NCBI GenBank assembly: GCA_964596715.1
Contig: CAZQVL010000002.1
Span: 50,829-114,828, forward strand
Length of the DNA: 64,000 nt
DNA from: an uncultured Rikenellaceae bacterium
GTDB taxonomy: Bacteria > Bacteroidota > Bacteroidia > Bacteroidales > VadinHA17
Direction of reading: 5' to 3'
Shown: in pieces, positions 59,608 to 64,000 of the stretch
How positions within the stretch are numbered: position 1 is the stretch's first letter
Layout of the letters: every line of letters begins with the position of its first letter
Made by a program: the position numbers and the translations under genes
The notes under the pieces: model-generated
Databases searched by the model: none
Seen by the model: the letters and a program-made list of their open reading frames with translations, nothing else
What the model was told of the DNA's origin: nothing

Positions 59608-62262
59608 TTATACTTCTTCCGAAGTTTTTCTGATATAATCTTCTGCCTTTTTGATTGCTCTGGCGAGACCAGCCGGGTTTTTACCCCCAGCTGTGGCGAG
59701 AAAAGGCTGACCTCCACCGCCTCCGTTTATTTCGCCGGCTATTTCATTTATAATACTGATTGCATTAATGTTATTATTCCTTACCAGGCTGTCGCTTACC
59801 ATTACCAGAATATTAGCTTTTCCACCGATATTTGATCCGATGGCCAGAACAAAACTATGCGTCTTACTGCGTATCTGATAAGCTAATGTCTTAAGAAAAT
59901 CCATCGGTTCGTTTTCGACCTGTCCGGAAATGAATTTTATATTTCCTATCTGAACAGTTTCTTCTTCCAGTTTCTTAATCAATACTTTTGCTGATTGAGC
60001 CTGCAGCTTTTCAACTGACTTCTTAAGTGAGTTATTTTCCGCGATAAGTTTTTCTATATTCTCCTTAATGTTTCCTGTGCTTTTGAGGAGACTGGCAATT
60101 TCTTCCAGGGCTGCCAGTTTTTTATTTATATACTCCTCAGCTTTAGAGGCAGTAACTGCTTCAATTCTTCTTATTCCTGATGCAATGGCTGTCTCTGAGA
60201 TTATTTTGACTATTCCAATGCTACCTGTGTTTGTGACATGTGTCCCCCCGCATAATTCAACCGATCCGCCAAACTCAACAACTCTGACAGTTTCTCCGTA
60301 TTTTTCCCCGAACAGTGCCATGGCACCCATCGATTTAGCTTTTTCCATGGGAATGTCATCAGTAACTATACTGTTATAATTTTCCCGGACCATACGGTTG
60401 ACCATTTCTTCAACTTTCATGATCTCTTCCTTAGTCAATTTTGTGTAATGGCTGAAATCAAACCTGAGCTTTTCAGGTGTAACCAGTGATCCTTTCTGTT
60501 CAACGTGATTACCAAGAACTGACCTTAAAGCAAGGTGGATTAAGTGTGTGGCTGTATGGTTGCGGGCAGTCATTAAGCGTCTTTCAGTATCGACTGAAGC
60601 TGTAAAGGATGTTTTCGGATCAGACACTATTTTATCCGCTATATGAATAATCTGGTTGTTCTCTTTTATTGTATCTATAATTTTTATCCTGTCATTCTGT
60701 GATCTCAGAATACCTGTATCACCTGTCTGTCCTCCTGCTTCAGCGTAAAACGGAGTTTTATTGAAAACAAGATGGTATATTTCTTTTCCTTTAACTTTTA
60801 CTTTACGATACCTGGTAATAAGCACCTCTTCTTCGGTTTTCTCATAACCTGAAAATTCTGTGCCTTCAATATTTCTTATAATAATCCAGTCACCAGTTGC
60901 GACAGAAGCGTCTTCTCTCGATCTTTCCTTCTGATTTTTCATCTCATTTTCAAACCCGGTGATATCCAGATGCATATTTTTTTCTTTGAGGATCAACTGT
61001 GTAAGGTCAACAGGGAATCCGTAAGTATCATACAATTCAAATGCAACTTTCCCTGGCAGAATATTCTTATGCTCTTTCTGCAGATCAGAAATCATTTTTT
61101 CAATCATCTTCAAACCTTTGCCAAGGGTTTTAAGAAATGCAGTCTCCTCTTCATAAATTATCCGGGCTATCTGATCCACCGCTGTTCTTAATTCAGGGTA
61201 GTTATCGCCCATGGTGGCGGACAGTACAGGGATAAGCTTGTAAATAAATGGATTCTCCATTCCAAGATTGTTATAGCCATATCTTACTGCCCTTCGTAGG
61301 ATTCTTCTTATAACATAACCTGCTTTAATATTTGAAGGTAATTGTCCGTCGGCGATTGAAAAGGCAACGGCTCTCAGATGGTCGGCTATAACGCGCAAAG
61401 CAATGTCCCACGACTTGTTCTCTCCGTATTTTTTATTGGTAATCTTTGATATTTCTGTTATTAGTGACTGAAAAAGATCAGTGTCATAATTGGACTTTTT
61501 ACCCTGTACTACCATGCATAACCTCTCAAACCCCATACCTGTATCCACATGTTTCGAAGGGAGTTGTTCGAGTTTCCCGTCAGATCTTCGGTTATATTGA
61601 ATAAAAACAAGGTTCCAGATCTCAATTACGAGGGGATGTCCTTTATTTATCAGTGTATCTCCGGGGATCCTGTTTCTTTCATTGTTGTCTCTGATATCAA
61701 TATGAATTTCGGAACAGGGTCCGCATGGTCCTGTTTCGCCCATTTCCCAGAAATTATCTTTTCTGGCTCCCTCAAGGATCCTTCCTGAAGGATCTGGGAA
61801 GCACTTCTTCCAGCATTCAAATGCTTCATCATCGCGGGGAACGTTCTCTTCGCTGCTTCCTTCAAAGATCGTTACATATATTCTATCGGCAGGGATACCA
61901 AGCTCGTTGACGAGAAATTCCCAGCTCCACTCAATAGCTTCTTTTTTAAAGTAATCACCAAACGACCAGTTTCCAAGCATTTCAAACATCGTATGATGAT
62001 AAGTGTCTATTCCGACTTCTTCGAGATCGTTATGTTTACCGGATACCCTCAGACATTTCTGTGAATTTGCTATTCTTCTATTCAACGGCTGCTGGTTTCC
62101 AAGGAAAATATCCTTGAACTGATTCATGCCGGCATTGGTAAACATAAGGGTGGGATCATCTTTGATGACCATGGGCGCTGAAGGAACAATTTTATGGTCT
62201 TTTCTCCGGAAAAATTCGAAAAAAAGTTGTCGTAATTCATGTGCCTTCATTGTAATTGTCAT
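59608..62262 (-). CDS. alaS: Alanine--tRNA ligase
   Basis: FTNAGMNQFK, HHTMFEMLGNWSFGDYFK, GPCGPCSEI, editing HTATH...ELCGGTH, GGGGQ. Confidence 0.98.
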   Translation of the reverse strand: MTITMKAHELRQLFFEFFRRKDHKIVPSAPMVIKDDPTLMFTNAGMNQFKDIFLGNQQPLNRRIANSQKCLRVSGKHNDLEEVGIDTYHHTMFEMLGNWSFGDYFKKEAIEWSWEFLVNELGIPADRIYVTIFEGSSEENVPRDDEAFECWKKCFPDPSGRILEGARKDNFWEMGETGPCGPCSEIHIDIRDNNERNRIPGDTLINKGHPLVIEIWNLVFIQYNRRSDGKLEQLPSKHVDTGMGFERLCMVVQGKKSNYDTDLFQSLITEISKITNKKYGENKSWDIALRVIADHLRAVAFSIADGQLPSNIKAGYVIRRILRRAVRYGYNNLGMENPFIYKLIPVLSATMGDNYPELRTAVDQIARIIYEEETAFLKTLGKGLKMIEKMISDLQKEHKNILPGKVAFELYDTYGFPVDLTQLILKEKNMHLDITGFENEMKNQKERSREDASVATGDWIIIRNIEGTEFSGYEKTEEEVLITRYRKVKVKGKEIYHLVFNKTPFYAEAGGQTGDTGILRSQNDRIKIIDTIKENNQIIHIADKIVSDPKTSFTASVDTERRLMTARNHTATHLIHLALRSVLGNHVEQKGSLVTPEKLRFDFSHYTKLTKEEIMKVEEMVNRMVRENYNSIVTDDIPMEKAKSMGAMALFGEKYGETVRVVEFGGSVELCGGTHVTNTGSIGIVKIISETAIASGIRRIEAVTASKAEEYINKKLAALEEIASLLKSTGNIKENIEKLIAENNSLKKSVEKLQAQSAKVLIKKLEEETVQIGNIKFISGQVENEPMDFLKTLAYQIRSKTHSFVLAIGSNIGGKANILVMVSDSLVRNNNINAISIINEIAGEINGGGGGQPFLATAGGKNPAGLARAIKKAEDYIRKTSEEV

Positions 62263-62267
62263 ATTAT

Positions 62268-62315
62268 TATATAAATAAACCTCATTTCAGAAATATAAAT
62301 AAACCTCATTTCAGA
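62268..62315. repeat. 24-bp tandem duplication in the divergent alaS/M23 promoter region
   Basis: ATATAAATAAACCTCATTTCAGA at 62269-62291 and 62293-62315. Confidence 0.9.
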
Positions 62316-62387
62316 CTTGTAAAATTAATTTATTTGTTTTAGATTTGTTGACTACAGGAAAAAAAGTCTAAAAAACAGGTATCGTGG

Positions 62388-63353
62388 ATGCGTGACCGGA
62401 AATATTTTTTTGATCTGAACGATCTGCAATTCAAGCAGATTTATCTTACATGGAAACAGAAGGCTCTGCGTCTTTTATTATGGTTTGCAGCATCTTTGGC
62501 AGTTGCTTTTCTTTATATTACTGTTTTTAAAAATATATTTGGCTCGCCAAAAGAGAAGATGATGGAACAGGAAATAGAGAAGATAAAACTTCAGTATTCT
62601 TTGCTGGGACGCCAGCTTGATAATTCGATAGAGGTTCTTGGTGAATTGAAGCTTTCGGATGACAGTCGTTACAGACCAATACTTGATATGGACAGCATCC
62701 CGGAGTCTATCAGGAATCCGGGATTTGGTGGTGTTGACAGGTACAGAGATCTTTATGGCTATGTGAATTCTGATCTTATGATCCTGTTTCGTTCAAGGAT
62801 TGACGAGATAAGAAACCGAACATCTGTCCAGACTGAATCATTCAAGTCCATTGAGGATAAGAAAGGCGAATGGAAACGCGAAATGGAGTATCTGCCATAT
62901 ATAAGCCCTGTAAATCCTATTTACAGACTTGGCGACGGATTAAAATTCAGAGAGGTTCATCCTGTTTTGGGTACTTCACAATGGCATCATGGTCAGGATT
63001 TCAATACACCTTATGGCACAGAAGTTTTTGCTACAGGTGCGGGGAAAGTGATTAAAGCAGGATGGAATTCAGGTGGCTTTGGTAACTATGTGGTTATTGA
63101 TCATGGTTATGGATTTCAGACAACATACGGACATCTCAGCAGTATTAAAGTATCGAAGGGAATGAACGTTATACGGGGCGATATGATAGGTCTTAGCGGA
63201 AGTTCCGGCACTTCATCAGGCCCCCATCTTCATTACCAGATTGACCTGTATGGCCAGCATAAAAATCCCCTTTACTATTTTAATAATGATCTGACTGAAG
63301 AAGAATATTTTAAGATGATTCAGACACTAAGTTCAAAATTGAAATTCAGATAA
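62388..63353 (+). CDS. M23-family metallo-endopeptidase (MepM-like)
   Basis: TM helix, coiled coil, HHGQD (HxxxD), YGHL, GPHLHY. Confidence 0.9.
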   Translation: MRDRKYFFDLNDLQFKQIYLTWKQKALRLLLWFAASLAVAFLYITVFKNIFGSPKEKMMEQEIEKIKLQYSLLGRQLDNSIEVLGELKLSDDSRYRPILDMDSIPESIRNPGFGGVDRYRDLYGYVNSDLMILFRSRIDEIRNRTSVQTESFKSIEDKKGEWKREMEYLPYISPVNPIYRLGDGLKFREVHPVLGTSQWHHGQDFNTPYGTEVFATGAGKVIKAGWNSGGFGNYVVIDHGYGFQTTYGHLSSIKVSKGMNVIRGDMIGLSGSSGTSSGPHLHYQIDLYGQHKNPLYYFNNDLTEEEYFKMIQTLSSKLKFR

Positions 63354-63439
63354 TCCCTTTTTGTATCTTAAGTTTTATCCGGCTATTAACGCTTTTTGAG
63401 TGTTTTTATATTTTATTAATTATTTATCTTTGTGGTGTA

Positions 63440-64000
63440 ATGGCAAATACAAAATATAAGTTCAATCAGGAATCTCTGAGTTTTGACAAGATAAGACTGG
63501 GTTTCAGAGCTGTTCTGCTACGGTTTCTAGCCTATTTTATTGGTTCCCTGATTCTTGCCGTTATCTATGGTTTCATTTTCGCTATATTCATTGATTCGCC
63601 TAAAGAAAAAGCCCTCAAACGTGAAGTAGCTCAACTTTCACTGCAGTACAATCTGATACATAAAGAGATGGAAAACCTGGAGAAGGTTATTGATCATCTT
63701 CAGGAGACGGATGATAATCTTTACAGGACTATTTTTGAAGCTGAACCGGTTCCGACTACACTTCGCCAAAGTGGAACAGGAGGAGTGAACAGATATAAGG
63801 AACTCGAAGGTTTTGATAATTCAAGTATTGTAATTGGAACAGTAAAAAAACTTGATAAGATCAGGAAACAGGTATATGTACAATCAAAATCATTTGATGA
63901 TCTGATAACTCTTGCAAATGAAAAGGAAGAAATGCTGAGATGCATTCCGGCTATAATGCCTATTTCGAATAAAGATCTTAAGAGGACTGCCTCGGGATTC
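63440..64000 (+). CDS. Second M23-family endopeptidase, N-terminal part (truncated by the window)
   Basis: Manual translation MANTKYKFNQESLSF...DSPKEK...DDNLYRTIFEAEP...GTGGVNRY...IPAIMPISNKDLKRTASGF, paralogous to the preceding gene. Confidence 0.88.
   Translation, partial: MANTKYKFNQESLSFDKIRLGFRAVLLRFLAYFIGSLILAVIYGFIFAIFIDSPKEKALKREVAQLSLQYNLIHKEMENLEKVIDHLQETDDNLYRTIFEAEPVPTTLRQSGTGGVNRYKELEGFDNSSIVIGTVKKLDKIRKQVYVQSKSFDDLITLANEKEEMLRCIPAIMPISNKDLKRTASGF

Overview
Core-chromosome segment of a Bacteroidota (Bacteroidales-like) bacterium, judged from AT-rich DNA, TAnnTTTG-type promoters, the bcp-recA and alaS-M23 gene order, and Q-starting secreted proteins. It carries about 50 CDS (znuACB, lpdA, uvrA, smpB, miaA, recA, clpS, rlmB, rlmD, dcp, recR, alaS and others) and two tRNA-Ser genes. 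I saw no integrase, transposase, CRISPR array or rRNA. The most unusual observations are: (1) four separate genes reduced to short, still-open remnants by large deletions (ECF sigma factor, GH144-like glucanase, PLP aminotransferase, long-chain acyl-CoA ligase), two of them absent from the supplied ORF track; (2) a four-gene cluster of a coiled-coil lipoprotein, two L,D-transpeptidase-family enzymes and a probable dead paralog, where the lipoprotein resembles the N-terminal domain of the first enzyme; (3) a tandem array of four TPR-PD40 (PorE-like) proteins with four different C-terminal anchors; (4) an OLD-like ATPase with a degenerate TOPRIM region beside a tRNA flanked by nested palindromic elements; (5) several unrelated REP/MITE-like palindromes and a (TTAGGGCG)7 repeat. 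Family names come from motif recognition, not database searches.
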